From Octopus vulgaris (taxonomy: Eukaryota): a stretch of DNA of 64,000 nucleotides. The position numbers and the translations under genes are program-made. A model generated the notes under the pieces. It made no database searches. It had not been told where the DNA came from and saw only the letters and a list, made by a program, of their open reading frames with translations. The stretch spans positions 128,588,001 through 128,652,000 of the forward strand of contig OX597819.1 of NCBI GenBank assembly GCA_951406725.2, written 5' to 3'. Shown piece after piece: positions 47,796 to 61,732 of the stretch (position 1 is its first letter; each line of letters begins with the position of its first letter).

Positions 47796-48372
47796 GATGA
47801 TAACAATAACAATAGTGATAATAACAACAACAATAATAATAATAATAAAACTAATAATAATTTCGGCTTTAGGAACAAGGCTTGCCCTTTTAAGAAAGAA
47901 GGCTAGTCGATTGCATTGACCCCAGAACTCAGCTGGTACTTTATCAACTCCCAAAGGATATTTTTTCTTTTCTTTTACGTGTTTTAGTCATTGGACTGTG
48001 ACAATGCTAAGACACCAAAGGGTTTAGTTGTTCAATCTCTCTCAGTACTTATTCTAAAGTCTGGTGATTATTCTGTCAATGTCTTTTTGTTGAACTGCAG
48101 GGTTACAGAGATGGAAACAAACTAATTACCAGCTCTCAAGTGATAAATGCTAAAAAGAAGCACAAAGATTGACAATGCTATCTGTGTATACACACACAGA
48201 GACACAGACGTCAAGTTCCTGTGCAATTTCCACTTTCCCACCTGCCAAATTCACTCTCAAAACCCAGATGTATTTATACCCCCCCACATACACACAAATA
48301 TCATTGTATGTACACATTATCATAGCTCAACACTATAGTATCCCTTCATTTCATTAAGTGGTTTTATATCAT

Positions 48373-48750
48373 AATAATAATGAAATTATTGTATACAGTG
48401 CTCAGGTGCACCACAACTTGTCAAAAGTGCATATAAAGTATATGCAGTAATGTACAAATGTTTGGAAAGTGAACAGTGTATAAGTCAGATACATGCTTGT
48501 GTGTGTATGGAGGGGAGAAAATCAGGTGTAGTGTTGGCGAATCTCAGGAAGCATGGAAGTTTTGAAGGATGCAGTGCTCCGACAACTAACAACTGATGCC
48601 GGCAGTTTGTTCCATGCTTCAGCAACTCTTAGCGTGAAGAAAATGTTTCCTAAAGTCATGGAAGGAGCTGTGCAGTTTTCTGACTTTGTAAACATGTCCA
48701 CGGGTGTTAGACAGGTGGAGTTTGAAAAGGTGCTCAGAGTTATTGTTTTG
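48373..48750 (-). mobile_element. CR1-clade LINE 3' end
   Basis: NTRGHVYKVRK...FRKH(F)FTLRVAEAWNKLPASVV...SFK motif, (TTA)n tail. Confidence 0.85.
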
Positions 48751-49924
48751 TAAAAAAAGATTCAGTATTCATTCATCTAGGAGTCTCCCTTATTTTGAAG
48801 TAGGTCCATTTGTTAATTTAGACAGCAAGAATTGTCTTTTCATCCTTTTCTGTATTTTGTAATTTGAACCGCGTGAAAAATTGTTTATCATAGAATGCCA
48901 GTTGGAAGGGAGAGTATTCCGGGTGACATTAACAGCAACTAAGGGCAAGGAACTCTTTTAGACTGTTTACTAATAACAACGAACAGGTGTAATAATAATT
49001 TCAAATTTTGGCGCAAGGCCAGCAATTTCGGTGGTATGGGCTAAGTCGATTATATCGACCCTAGTAGTCAGCTGGTACTTATTTTATTAACCTTGAAGGG
49101 ATGAAAGTAAAGTCGACCGCGGCGACATTTGAACTCAGAATACGAAGACGGACGAAATAACTGCTGAGTATTTAGTCCAGCATGTTAACGATTCTGTTAA
49201 CTCGCCGCCTTTTATACGTGTAATAATAATAATGATAATAATAATAATTATTTCTACTGTAGGCTCAAAGCCTGAAAATTTGGGGGAGGGGATAAGTCGA
49301 TTACATCGGCCCTAGTACAACTGGTACTTATTTTATCAACCCCGAAAGGGTGAAAGGTGAAGTCGACCTCGGCGGTATTTGAACTCAGAACGTAAAGATG
49401 GATGAAATGAAATGCCCCTAAGCATTTTGTCCGGCGTGCTAACGATTCTGCCAAGTCGCCGCCTTTAATAATAATAACGATAATGGTTTCAAATTTTACC
49501 ATAAGGGCAGCCATTTTAGGGAAGAGGATCCGTCGATTATATTGACCTCAGTATCTCACTGATACTTAATTTATCAACCCTGAAAGGATGAGAGGTAAAG
49601 TCGACCTTGGCGGAATTTGAACTCAGAATTTAGCGACGGGCAAAATTCCGCTAAGCAAATAGCCCGGCGTGCTAACAAGTCTGCCAGTTCACCACCTTAA
49701 TAATGATAATCTCTTTTACTATAGACACAAAGCCTGGAATTTGTGGGGGGAAGGGTAGTCGATCACATCGACCCAGTACTTCACTGGTACTTAATTTATT
49801 GACCCCGAAAGGATGAAAAGCAAAGTCGACTTCGGCGGAATTTGAACTCAGAACTTAGCAATGGGCGAAATACCACTCAGCATTTTGTCTAGCTTGCTAA
49901 CGATTCTGCCAGCTCACCACCACC

Positions 49925-49988
<64 letters not shown>

Positions 49989-50002
49989 TGATAATGATAA
50001 TA

Positions 50003-50562
50003 AATGCCCTGATGCAGTACCAGGCAGTAGCTCTCATGGCTTCTGATCTTAACTGATTGGAAGTGTTATCATGTACATTGTTTTGTCTTGGTATAAAAGA
50101 TGGGCTACAGCAAATATTCTGCTCAATACCACAGATTTGCTTGTCAGTTGTTTGACCTTAACCAGTTGAGCATGTCCCTTAGTGGCTGACGATATGTGCA
50201 TCTCTGATCACGAGCAGAAGTAGTGGGGAGCATCATAGCCATGTGTTGAGAGGGATTCTTTGGGGTTTGAAGAGTTCACCTCTGGAAACATGGGTGGTTC
50301 TTTCAACATCCTTAAACAACCCTTATTCAGGGACCGTTTGAGCGGGATGGGCTACTCAACCTGAAGAAAATTCTAACTGGGCCCCACCTGCAAGGTCATG
50401 TGCTGTTTATCTTGATATGAGATCACCATGTCGCGCACATATGGTTGTGATGCATGTGCCTGGTGTACCTTTATCAGACGGGTAGTCATGATGGGTATAT
50501 TGGGCTTCGTATATTTTACCCCAGTGTCACTTTGATGGCATGAACTGCTCTCTCACTCAATA
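50003..50562 (+). mobile_element. ~560-bp non-coding element embedded in (TAA)n (copies ~50925-51720, 53122-53435, 38130-38296)
   Basis: Four homologous copies visible; the full copies are flanked by TAA/TGA triplet runs. Confidence 0.8.
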
Positions 50563-51764
50563 ATAATAATAATGATAATAATGATATCTGAGACCCCTTT
50601 CGGTCACGACACAGACCATGGGATTGCACCTAGAAAGTTACACTCCTAGACACAAGTCCGGGCGAGGTTGTTTATGGAAGACCAGCAGTCGCCCGTGCAT
50701 ACCAGCCTCCCCTCTCCACGCCACCAGTGTTATCCAAGGGAAAGACAAAGGTCGATACAGCTTGGCATCTGTGACGTTGCAACTCATTTCTACAGCTGAG
50801 TGAACTGGAGCAACGTGAAATAAAGTGCCTTGCTCAAGAACACAACACGCAGCCCGGTCCGGGATTAATAATAATAATAACAATAACAATAATAATAATG
50901 ATGATGATGATGATGATGATGATGCAATACCAGGCAGTGGCTTTCATAGCTTCTGATCTTAACTAATTGGAAGTGTTAGCATGCATATTGTTTTGTCTTG
51001 GTATAAAAGATGAGCTACAGCAAATATTCTGCTCAATAACACAGAGTTGCTTGTCAGTTGTTTGACCGTAACTAGTTGAGCATGTCCCTTGGTGGCTGAC
51101 GATATGTGCACCACTGATAAAGAATAGAAATAGTGTGGGAGCATCATAGCCATGTGTTGAGAGGAATTCTTTGGGGTTTGAATAATTCACCTCTGGAAAT
51201 ATGGGTGTTTCGTTCATCATCCTTAAACAAACCTTTTTCAAGGACCATTTGAGCAGGATGGGCTACTTGACCCGAAGAAAATTCTAACTGGGCCCCACCT
51301 GCAAGGTCATGCGCTCCTTATCTTGATATGAGATCACCATGTCGCGCACATGTGGTTGTGGTGCATGTACCTAGTGTACCCTTATCAGACGGGTATATAG
51401 GGCTTCATATAATTGTACCCCAGTGTCACTTTGATGTATGCACAACTATCATCATCATCATCATCATCATCATCGTTTAACGTCCGTTTTCCGCGCTAGT
51501 ACGGGTTGGACGGTTCGACCGGGGCCTGGGAAGCCAGGGGCAGCACCAGGCTCCGGTCTGATCTGGCAGTGTTTCTACGGCTGGATGCCCTTCCTAACGC
51601 CAACCACTCCGCGAGTGTAGTGGGTGCTTTTTACGTGCCACCTGCACAGGTGCCAGGGGGGGGGGTCTGGCATCGGCCACGATCGGCTGGTGCTTTTAAC
51701 GTGCCATTATCTCACTCAATAATAATAATAACAACGTACACGTGTGATAATGGTTTCGAATTAG

Positions 51765-52615
51765 AAATGCTGATGTAAACCAAGCAACAACACTTCAGTG
51801 CTTGAGAAGTTCAGGACTGAAAGTAGAAACTGAAGGTTTCACATTGGTGGCACAAGATCAAAGCTTGCTTACCAAAAACTACCAGGCTAACGTTCTTCTA
51901 ACCTTAAATGCAAATTCTGCGACACATTTGACGAAAAAATAGACCATCTCGTCTCGGGATGCTCTGTGCTGACACCAAACGAAAACAAAAATTGTCACGA
52001 TAGGGTAGAACAATATTTACATTGGCAAATATGTAAAAACTACAAAATAGCAGCCCTACTTACTGGTATGAACATCATCCCGAGTCAGTCGTTGAAGGTA
52101 AAAATGTCACTATGCTCTGGGATTTTCCAGTCAACATCGACAGAACGATCTAGGCTTATCGACCAGACATAATCATTAAGGACAGGAAGAGAATACTTGT
52201 AGACTAATAGATGTAAGTGTTCTCATTGACAAAAATATGTCTGTAGAGGAATTTGACAAATTAAGTTAATATAATGACCTGAAATTTGAAATATAAAAGA
52301 TGTGACAACTTAAAGCAAGAACTGTTCCTGTTATAGATGCCCTAGGTATGATAAAAAAAGGGATGTCAGAGACATCTAGATAATATCCCAAGAGAACCAT
52401 ATCTCAGAGAAATCCAAAAGATTGTACTGACAAGTACTGCTCACTTCCTTAGAAAAACCCTATGAATTTAAATGAAGATATTTCGTTACTGCCCCTGCTA
52501 CTTGCCCTCCCCAAGCTTTCAGACACACTGTAACATCTCTTATCCTTCACTCGCTCTAGGACGCTGGGTGTGTCTCGGCATGTGAGTGTAACAAACATGC
52601 GGATTGAAAGTAAAT
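51765..52615 (+). pseudogene. R4/Dong-clade retrotransposon fragment with restriction-like endonuclease
   Basis: LKVETEGF..AQDQ, C-x2-C..H..SGC knuckle, HDRV..LHW, LWDF..DR..RPDII, IDVS, ALG; contains stops and frameshifts. Confidence 0.85.
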
Positions 52616-54734
52616 TTTAATAGTAACAATGACGATACTGTTTTTAATAATAACTATTATTTCAAATTTTGGTAACAGGCCCGCAATTTTAAGGGGAGGT
52701 GATATAGTCGATTACATCGAATCCCGTGCTTGACTGGTACTTTATTTCATCTGGAGAAAGTTGACGTCGACGGGATTCGAAATCAGAGCGTAAAGTGCTG
52801 CAAGAATTACCGCAAGCATTTTTTATCGATGCTCTAACGATTCTGTCAGCTCGATGCCTATATTAATAATAAAACTAATCACCATAATGATGATGATGAT
52901 GATGATCTTTTTTATTGGCCACAAGAGCCCAAGATATAGAAGACAATATCAAGGGACGAGATAAATCCTTTCTACTACAGACAGAAGGCCTGAAATTTGG
53001 TGGAGTGGAGTTGGAAGGAGGGAACAGTCGACTGGTACTTTTTGCATTGACCTCGAAAGGATGAAAGGCAAAGTTGACCTCAGTGGAATTTGAACTCGGA
53101 CTTAAACCGCCTTGCCACATATTTACTTGTCACTTGCTTGACCATAATTAGTTGAGAATGTTCCTTAGTGGCTGACGATATATGCATCGTTGAACATGAG
53201 CAGTAGTGGGAGAGCATCATCGTCATGTTTTGAGAGAGATTCTTTGGGGTATGAATAATTCACCCTTGGATACATGAGTGTTTCGTTCATCATCCTTAAA
53301 CAACATTTATTCAGGGACCTTTTGAGTGGGACGGGCTACTCTACCAGATGAGAATTCTAACTGAGCCCCACATGCAAGGTTATGCGCTGATTATCTTGAT
53401 ACAAGATTATCATGCCGCGCGCATACGGTTGTGTGTATGTGAGTGTGTGTGAGAGAGAAAAGAAGAAGAAGAAGAAGAAGAAGAAGAAGAAGAAGAGTGG
53501 GGTTAGGAGGAACAATTTATTTGTCATATTTTCTTCCCTCTCCATTATATAGATTTGGATGTTGTCGTTGCTTAACCCAAGTGACCTATTTTGACCAGGC
53601 ATTTGACCAAAGCCATTACATCGTTTTTATTTTCAAGCAATGGACTACGTTATTCAAATGTCAACTTTATTTTTTTTTAATTTGAGAGTAGTTTGGCTGC
53701 TATATCTAACACGTCAACCTACCGTTTAGTGAAGCAGTTCTTAAAGTTGCAAATAACAGTCCTCCACACCAAAAATTAAATATATTCACTCAAAATTACA
53801 TATGCCTTAATTGCAGAAAGCTGTTCTATATACTAATATATCATTTGTTGAAATAATGCTTTGCTGAGAAATGTCAAGTTTATTGAGACCATGTGACTTG
53901 CAGAAAATACCAATTCTATGTTTTTGGTAGATATTTAACATTATTACTGGAATAAACATGTTTAATTTTGCAGTTAAAGGGTTTAAAACTGAGAAACCAT
54001 AGCAATTTGTGCACTCCCTTTTCAATCCTCATAGGTATCGCTCCTACTAGAAACACTGTTGTAGAGCTCCCTCAATGGCGCCAAGATTACTGAATTTGTG
54101 TCTAAATCAGAAACAATTATTATTATTAATGTTGTTATGATTATTTTCAAGGATTGGCAACAAGAAATAAGCAATATTGGCATGAACATTTTAAATATAT
54201 ATATATATATATGTAAATTTGATATTTCATTTCACGCAAGGTCTGTTTTGAAACCATTCCTAGCACAATTTTATGTCAAAAACTGGAAGGCTTACTGAAG
54301 CTATAATTTTATGATTTTAATCAGTTTATTTACACTAGAAAGTCGAAAATTAAATCCACTCTTCTAAATTTAATTACAATAAAGAACACGGAAATCTGCT
54401 TGAGAGTCTTGTAAAAATGTATTTATCAATATCATAACCCCTCCTCCATAAAAGAAATGTTACTACGAACTACAAGTACTGATATAGTTAGAAGCAAGGC
54501 GGCGAGCTGGCAGAATCGATAGCACGCCGGGCGAAATGCGTAGCCGTATTTCGTCTGCCATTACGTTCTGAGTTCAAATTCCGCCGAGGCCGACTTTGCC
54601 TTTCATCCTTTCGGGGTCGATAAAACAAGTACCAGCTACGGATTGGGTCGATGTAATCTACTTAATCCCTTTGTCTGTCCTTGTTTGTCCCCTCTGTGTT
54701 TAGCTCCTTGTGGGTAGTAAAGAAATCGGTATAG

Positions 54735-57700
54735 TTAGAAGCTTACTGTTTTGGGGCTAGGTATGACAGTAGTCGCTGTCATGAGATTCTTAATGTTAGC
54801 TGATCGTTGTGTGTTGTGGCCGTCGTTTGTCAATTGATTATGTATTGAGGCATCGCTCTGGTCAGCTGCTGATTCAGCTACAGCCTGCTGACTATTGTCT
54901 TCTGTGTCCGGTTTGATGTCTGCCGGCAGAAACGTTAGCACGCCGGGCGAAATGCTTAGCGGTATTTCGTCGGCCGCTACGTTCTGAGTTCAAATTCTGC
55001 CGAGTTCTAGTTTGCCTTTCATCCTTTGGTGGTCGATTAAATAAGTTCCATTGACGCACTGGGGTCGATGTAATCGACTTAATCCGTTTGTCTGTACTTG
55101 TTTGTCCCCTCTGTGTTTAGCCCCTTGTGGTCAATAAAGAAACAGGTATTGCCCTCAGAAAAAGGATGGTTACTTGTACTCTTTTATTCTGAATATTCTT
55201 TCAATGTATCCTGCTAAATTGCATGTTTTTTTTATTTTTATTTTCGTATTATGCACATAGATTGATACGTCATGTCATATTCTTCATAGTTCCTAGTTTC
55301 TTACCCTGGTATTGCAGTTTCCTCAGACTCTATGTTAGAGAACTGATAGCGAAGTACTTGAAACTTTCTTACATTCAATTTCGTGTTTTCTTCTGCCCAT
55401 CTGTATTCGACATCGAATATAAGCTTTTAATATGTTCGGAGATTGCTACCGCTTTCGACATGTTAGAATCATCACCACAGCTTTTGACGATCAAGGATAA
55501 TTCTGATAGAACTGTTACGAGCCATACTTTCTCTCAAACAGTATTCTGTAATACCTCATTTTGTAGTTAACCCTTTAGACGAAACATGGTTCTATGCAAC
55601 AACTTGAATTTTCTCATATAGAAAGTCATACAGCCACTCGGCCAGGTTTTCGATTATATTGTGGTCACGAAGTTTGTAGCATATTCTGTGGTGGCTCGTG
55701 TATAGGCACTGTGGAACTCGATATTATCGATAACTTTCAATATAACGAGTCCTTTTTTCTTTAATTCTTTCTTTATACATGTACATTATATAGTCCTTAA
55801 GCTTAATGTCACTAGCCACCCCCTAGTTTATGAAAAAAAAAAAACAAAAATCCATGTATAGAACCGTGCGCTTCACAGTTCCAGCGACGTAGTGTTTGGC
55901 TGTTGTGCGCATGCTCACATGTCCGAGACAGGAAATTTCACGCTAGGGAGAGAGAGCACTGTCGTTCACGCAGTGCTTACCCCGTGTGCTGGTGAAAAGT
56001 AGTGTTTCTTTTTGATTCGCGTGTGTTGTGCTTAAAAACGTGTTTATATTCTTGAATGTGATAAAGTGTAGAGTTAGATTATTATCCTGCTTCAAGCTTC
56101 AGTGATGCTGCCAGGATTTGAAAAATAGGGCACATCCCCCACTCTTATTTTGTGATTTTGGGGGGATTTTTGAAAAACAAGGGGGGATTCGCGGCGGTGT
56201 TCAGTGAACAAATTAAACACACTACCCGGCAGTGGCTTAAAATGCGAACGGATCAGGTTTAAATATAAATTTCCTTTTTATATGTTTGTTTCCGTTTACA
56301 CAATATTAAGCAACGGCTAAAAATTTTCTGAAGCAGCAACCCCGCTAATTTTATTTACGAGACGCCACTAATTATATTGTTCTGCGATCAAATTTATCGG
56401 AAGCTTTTGAAAAGTCGAAGTATACCAGGTCTACATTTGATTGGCTGAGCAGCTGATGTACGACTTGTCGTAATGGTACAGCAGTTGGCGGCGAGCTGGC
56501 AGAACCGTTAGCACGCCGGGTGAAATGCGTAGCCGTATTTCGTCTGCCGTTACGTTCTGAGTTCAAATCCCGCTGAGGTCGACTTTGCCTTTCATCCTCT
56601 CGGGGTCGATAAATAAGTACCAGTTACGCACTGGGGTCGATGTAATCGACTTAATCCGTTTGCCTGTCCTTGTTTATCCTCTCTGTGTTTAGCCCCTTGT
56701 GGGTAGTAAAGAAATAGAAATAGGTACAGCAGTTGTGTGAGACATCGTCTGTTTGGTTGGGATAACTTGCTCCTAGACTTTGCTGATGTATGAAGTTAGA
56801 GATACAGGTTTGTAATTGTTTGTATCTGCTCTGCTTCCACTTTCACAATAGGACATGCAATTTTAACACGTTGGTGAGATTTACCACCTTCCAGAAATCC
56901 TTCGAAAAGCAACTGAAATGGTCTTACTTGGACCCATTTTCTTGTACATACTTTTTAGAATTGTTGGGAAGCCATTAATGTCAAAAGCTGAGTTTATACT
57001 TATTGTACTTATTGAAGTTATCACACCTGCCTCTTCTATTTCTTTGCAAATTATGGCTTCATTCTCTCCATGTAAAGTTGTAACACTAAAAAAATACCTA
57101 TTTCTTTACTACCCACGAGCGGCTAAACACAGAGGGGACAAACAAGGACAAACAAACGGATTAAGTCGATTATATCGACTCCAGTGCGTAACTGGTACTT
57201 AATTTATCGATCCCGAAGGGATGAAAGGCAAAGTCGACCAGGGCGGAATTTGAACTCAGAACGTAGCGGCAGACGAAATACCGCTAAGCATTTCGCCCGG
57301 CGTGCTAACGGTTCCGCCAGCTCGCCGCCAACTGCTGTACCATTACGACAAGTCGTACATCAGCTCGCCGCCTTACGTTAAAAAAATACCCGTTGGCTCA
57401 TCTCTTTGTTTGTGTACAAGTTGGATAGTTAACATAAAAAAATCGAATTGTTCATTGAGTATTTCATTGACCTTTTGAGGGTCTGAGTAAGTGATCCACT
57501 TCCTTCAAACAATGGTTGTATTTTGCAACGCACAGAGGCTGTTTCTTTTACGAAACTATAAAACCCTTTGAGTTGGTTTACACAGTTCAGCTTCCCTTTC
57601 TAGCGCCCTCTTTTCAATGGGACCACTTCATTCGATTTCCAATCTCTACGAGCGACATTTTTAATTAGTTCCTGTTTTTTTCAGTTATTTGTTTGTTTAA

Positions 57701-57760
57701 AACATTTGAGGCGTTTTCCCTTCGTCTCAAAGGAATTTTCTTATTTCTGGGGATGAAATT
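54735..57760 (-). mobile_element. Old CR1/Jockey-like LINE ORF2 remnant, fragmented by SINEs and an insert at ~55700-56370
   Basis: Minus strand in order: NEILNEQF, NNYKPVSLTS, CLTQLL, VDLVYFDFSKASDK, DDS, RWAEEN..KFQVLRY. Confidence 0.8.
56487..56722 (+). mobile_element. Meta-domain SINE with clear TSD
   Basis: TSD GGTACAGCAGTT at 56475-56486 and 56723-56734. Confidence 0.9.
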
Positions 57761-58259
57761 TCTTTGAATGGTGTCAGACTTCCTCATCGAGACAAATTTA
57801 ATGTGTATAACTTACAGTATTGACATAAATTCTTTCAGTTTTACGCTGTTGCCTTGCCTACAGAGGTTTTGCAGGCCGGTAAGAATTTCGTTCTCGGCTG
57901 ATTTTCATTAAGCCTTGTGGAAATTCAGGCCGGACTAACTTGGTTTGCCTTGGTAGGGACGGTTTGAGCTACATGTGTCCTAAGACCATTCACCGATAAT
58001 ACAATGTTATGGTTGGAAAAGACTGTAAAAGTTACTTTACAGTGTCGAAGATTTAAGTGTTAAATCTGGTATTTCTAGACTTGGTATTTCGAGTGTTTCG
58101 TCTGTTGTTTTTCCCAATGTCAGTCTAAAAGTTTTCTCCATAGCAATAGTCTGATTTCTTAGATAACTCCTTTTTTCTTTTAGCTTAATCGATTAATTTT
58201 TCTTAGTGTATTTTATTTTTAACGACCTAACTCCCTGCGCTTCAGTTAGCCTTCTCTGT

Positions 58260-58368
58260 CTTACAGCTGTTTCTAGAATATTAATTAATAATAATATCCC
58301 TTCATCGAATATGGTGTTAGAGGAAAAGGGATATCATTATTAATTAATATTCTAGAAACAGCTGTAAG
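58260..58368. repeat. 43-bp inverted repeat, 23-nt spacer, Penelope-pLTR-like
   Basis: Arms 58260-58302 and 58326-58368, one mismatch; contain GAAACAGCTGTA. Confidence 0.8.
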
Positions 58369-58539
58369 GCCTTCTATCTATAAATGCTCTAATATCTATA
58401 CAGCATTGTTTTTTTTTATTACACAAAAAATTAATATATATGTATGTATATATAAATATATGTAAGTGTATGTGTTTGTGTGGGTGTGCGCGCATGCGTG
58501 GTATCTGCATGCTTCTGCGTGTGTATGTGTATACATAAA

Positions 58540-59031
58540 CAGATACACATACATACATACATACATACATACATACATACATACATACATACATACATAC
58601 ATACACACATACATACATACACACACACGACATACATGCATACATACATATATACATACATGCATACACACATACATACATACATACACACATACATACA
58701 TACATACATACACACATACATACATACACACACACGACATACATACATACATTCATACATATATACATACACACATACATACATACACACACACGACATA
58801 CATGCATACATACATACATACACACATACATACATACATACACACATACATACATACATACATACACACATAATACATACACACACACGACACGACATAC
58901 ATGCATACATACATACATACATACATACTCACACACGACATACATGCATACATACATACATACACACATACATACATACATACATACATACACACGACAT
59001 ACACACATACATACATACATACACACACACG

Positions 59032-59066
<35 letters not shown>

Positions 59067-59330
59067 TACATACATACACACGACATACACACATACATAC
59101 ATACATACATACATACATACATACACACATACATACATACATACATACATACACACATACATACATACACACGACATACATGCATACATACATATATACA
59201 TACATACACACGACATACACACATACATACATACATACATACATACATACATAGATACATACACACGACATACACACATACATACATACATACATACACA
59301 CACACGACATACATACATACATACATACAT
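58540..59330. repeat. Compound (TACA)n/(CA)n microsatellite punctuated by CACGAC
   Basis: Seen directly; source of the HTYI/MYVC ORFs. Confidence 0.95.
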
Positions 59331-59506
59331 AAATGCACACACGGATATAACTGCACACAGGCGTAGTATGGCCAAATCACTAAGAATTTTGCATGACAAA
59401 AACGAAGTTGCAGGTTCGATCTCACTGTATGGCATCTTGAGCAAATGTCATTTTCCATAGGTTTTCTCTGTCTTTATCTCTCTGACTCTCTTTTCTTTTG
59501 CTCTCG

Positions 59507-59542
<36 letters not shown>

Positions 59543-59622
59543 ATAAAACATACATACACACACACATACATGCATGAATACATACACACACTCACGTACA
59601 TATACGTGTGTGCATATATAAA

Positions 59623-59694
<72 letters not shown>

Positions 59695-61732
59695 CAGACT
59701 TCCACACACTAGCGTAGTAAGAGTGTGTGCCGCCTGGGCTGGCCCTTCCGTTTGCCGCCCCCGGACGCCACAAAAAATACATATTTCCTACAACAGACCC
59801 AAAAGTGGTTCCCCTTTAAAAGTGCCGCCCTCCATCTCCTTCCCCTGCCCCCGTAGCTACGCTAGTGTTTCCACACAATTTGTGTCTGTCGAACTCAGAA
59901 GGAATTGGTCGTCCCGGGGCTATACACGGTGCTGCATAGTAAGACCGAACCCAAAACCACATGATTGTAAAGCGAGCCTCATAGCGACACAGCCACGCAC
60001 ATCAAGACATGTTTTTAAAAGAGGAGTTAAGTTTTCTAAATTTGTGTTAAGAAGAGCTGCGACTTCTTACCAGTATTAAAATGGCCTTAGTTTTAAAGGA
60101 AGATGGAAATTGAATGTTGTGATGATCATGCCTTTTCCTGAGGGCATAAAACGAAATGAAAATACTTAACCGGGAATTATATCTATTTCTTTACTACCCA
60201 CAAGGGGTTAAACACAGAGAGGACAAACAAGGACAGACAAACGGATTAAATCGATTATATCGACCCCAGTGTGTAACTGGTACTTATTTAATCGATCCCG
60301 AAAGGATGAAAGGCAAAGTCGACCACGGCGGAATTTGAACTCAGAACGTAGCGGCAGACGGAATACCGCTAAACATTTCGCCCAGCGTGCTAACGTTTCT
60401 GCCAGCTCGCCGGGAATTATACCATGTTGGCGGATGTGACACGCCAGAAATGTACTTTTATTCTATAACCTACGCCACGAAGCCTTATTCCATAAAACTA
60501 ATTCTCATACTGTACTTGAAAATATATTTTCTTGGCACTTTACCTAGTTTCTTTACTTTTAATCAACATTATTATCGTCTGGAATCAATTATCTCAGAAG
60601 TAAGTACTTACAGTATCAGAAAGCATGTCTCTCTATAAAATTTCACCACACTTTATCCCCCTAACACTTTGCACAACGATTTTCTATTCCACTACAGTTT
60701 GAATAGTACGAGCAGTCTTGAAATAATCGTTTATATCAAATAACATATATATATATATATATTTGGGGGGTGAATTATGATAAACGTTATAGCATCAGAC
60801 GAAATGCATTGCAGTATGTGTTCCGGTTCCTTGCATTCTGATTTCAAATCCCACTGTAATCAACTTTATTTTTCACTTTGATCTTTTCTGGGCCAGTCAA
60901 TAAAGTACCAGTCCAGGGCTGTGGACTAGCGAAATTGTTGGAGCATCGGACGGGATCGGATACCTTGCAGTATTTGTTCTGTCTCGTTGTATTCTGGGCC
61001 TAAATCTCACTGTGGCTTACTAGGAAGAGATTGGAAGCTTGCCGTATATACACCGCTAATTAACGGTGGACAGTATTAGAGAGACCAATGGTACTGAACT
61101 CGCTGAGACCGAATGATGCCTGATGCTGTTGTTGTTTTTCCTCAAGTAAATCTTAATCAAGCAGATCTGTGATCAAAAACATTCCATCCATGACCAATTC
61201 GTCTTTTTCTATGAGCAGGTAACCAAGGACAACGTTATATGTTATACTCTTCCTTATGACGGCGGGATATGATTCGAGTGAATAGTGGCTGCTATTTCTA
61301 AAATGCCGATTCACTAGAGCCCAGATCTTTTATCCCAGACATTCTGTCTGTAACAATCTAACCTTATCTTTAGGCAAAGTGTATCTAAGAGTACATTATT
61401 CAATGCATCCTTCGGTTTTTAAAGGTTGGGCTTAATTTGAGGTGGATTTGGCTGATATTTCCAGCTGGATTAATGACCACAATCTAAGCTATCTCACTGG
61501 ATCATTTTTCATGCATAACACGTTAGTTTTCTTTTTAGGCTCAAAGTCAGCCGTAATAGAGTGCACCGATGATGAAAAGTGTTCCAACCGTGACAACATC
61601 GACTTTTAACACCTAGGACAATAATATCGAATGTAGTAATGTGTGATACGAAAAATATCTTGTTGCTATTTCTTGCAGATCGAAAAATGTATAGTGACTC
61701 CATCTGTTTGTCTCGTAATATAATATAGTAGG

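Noticed and set aside
58352-59460. Long ORFs of 200-368 aa (MYVC/HTYI repeats)
   Set aside because: Stop-free translation of a TACA microsatellite; no splice or codon evidence
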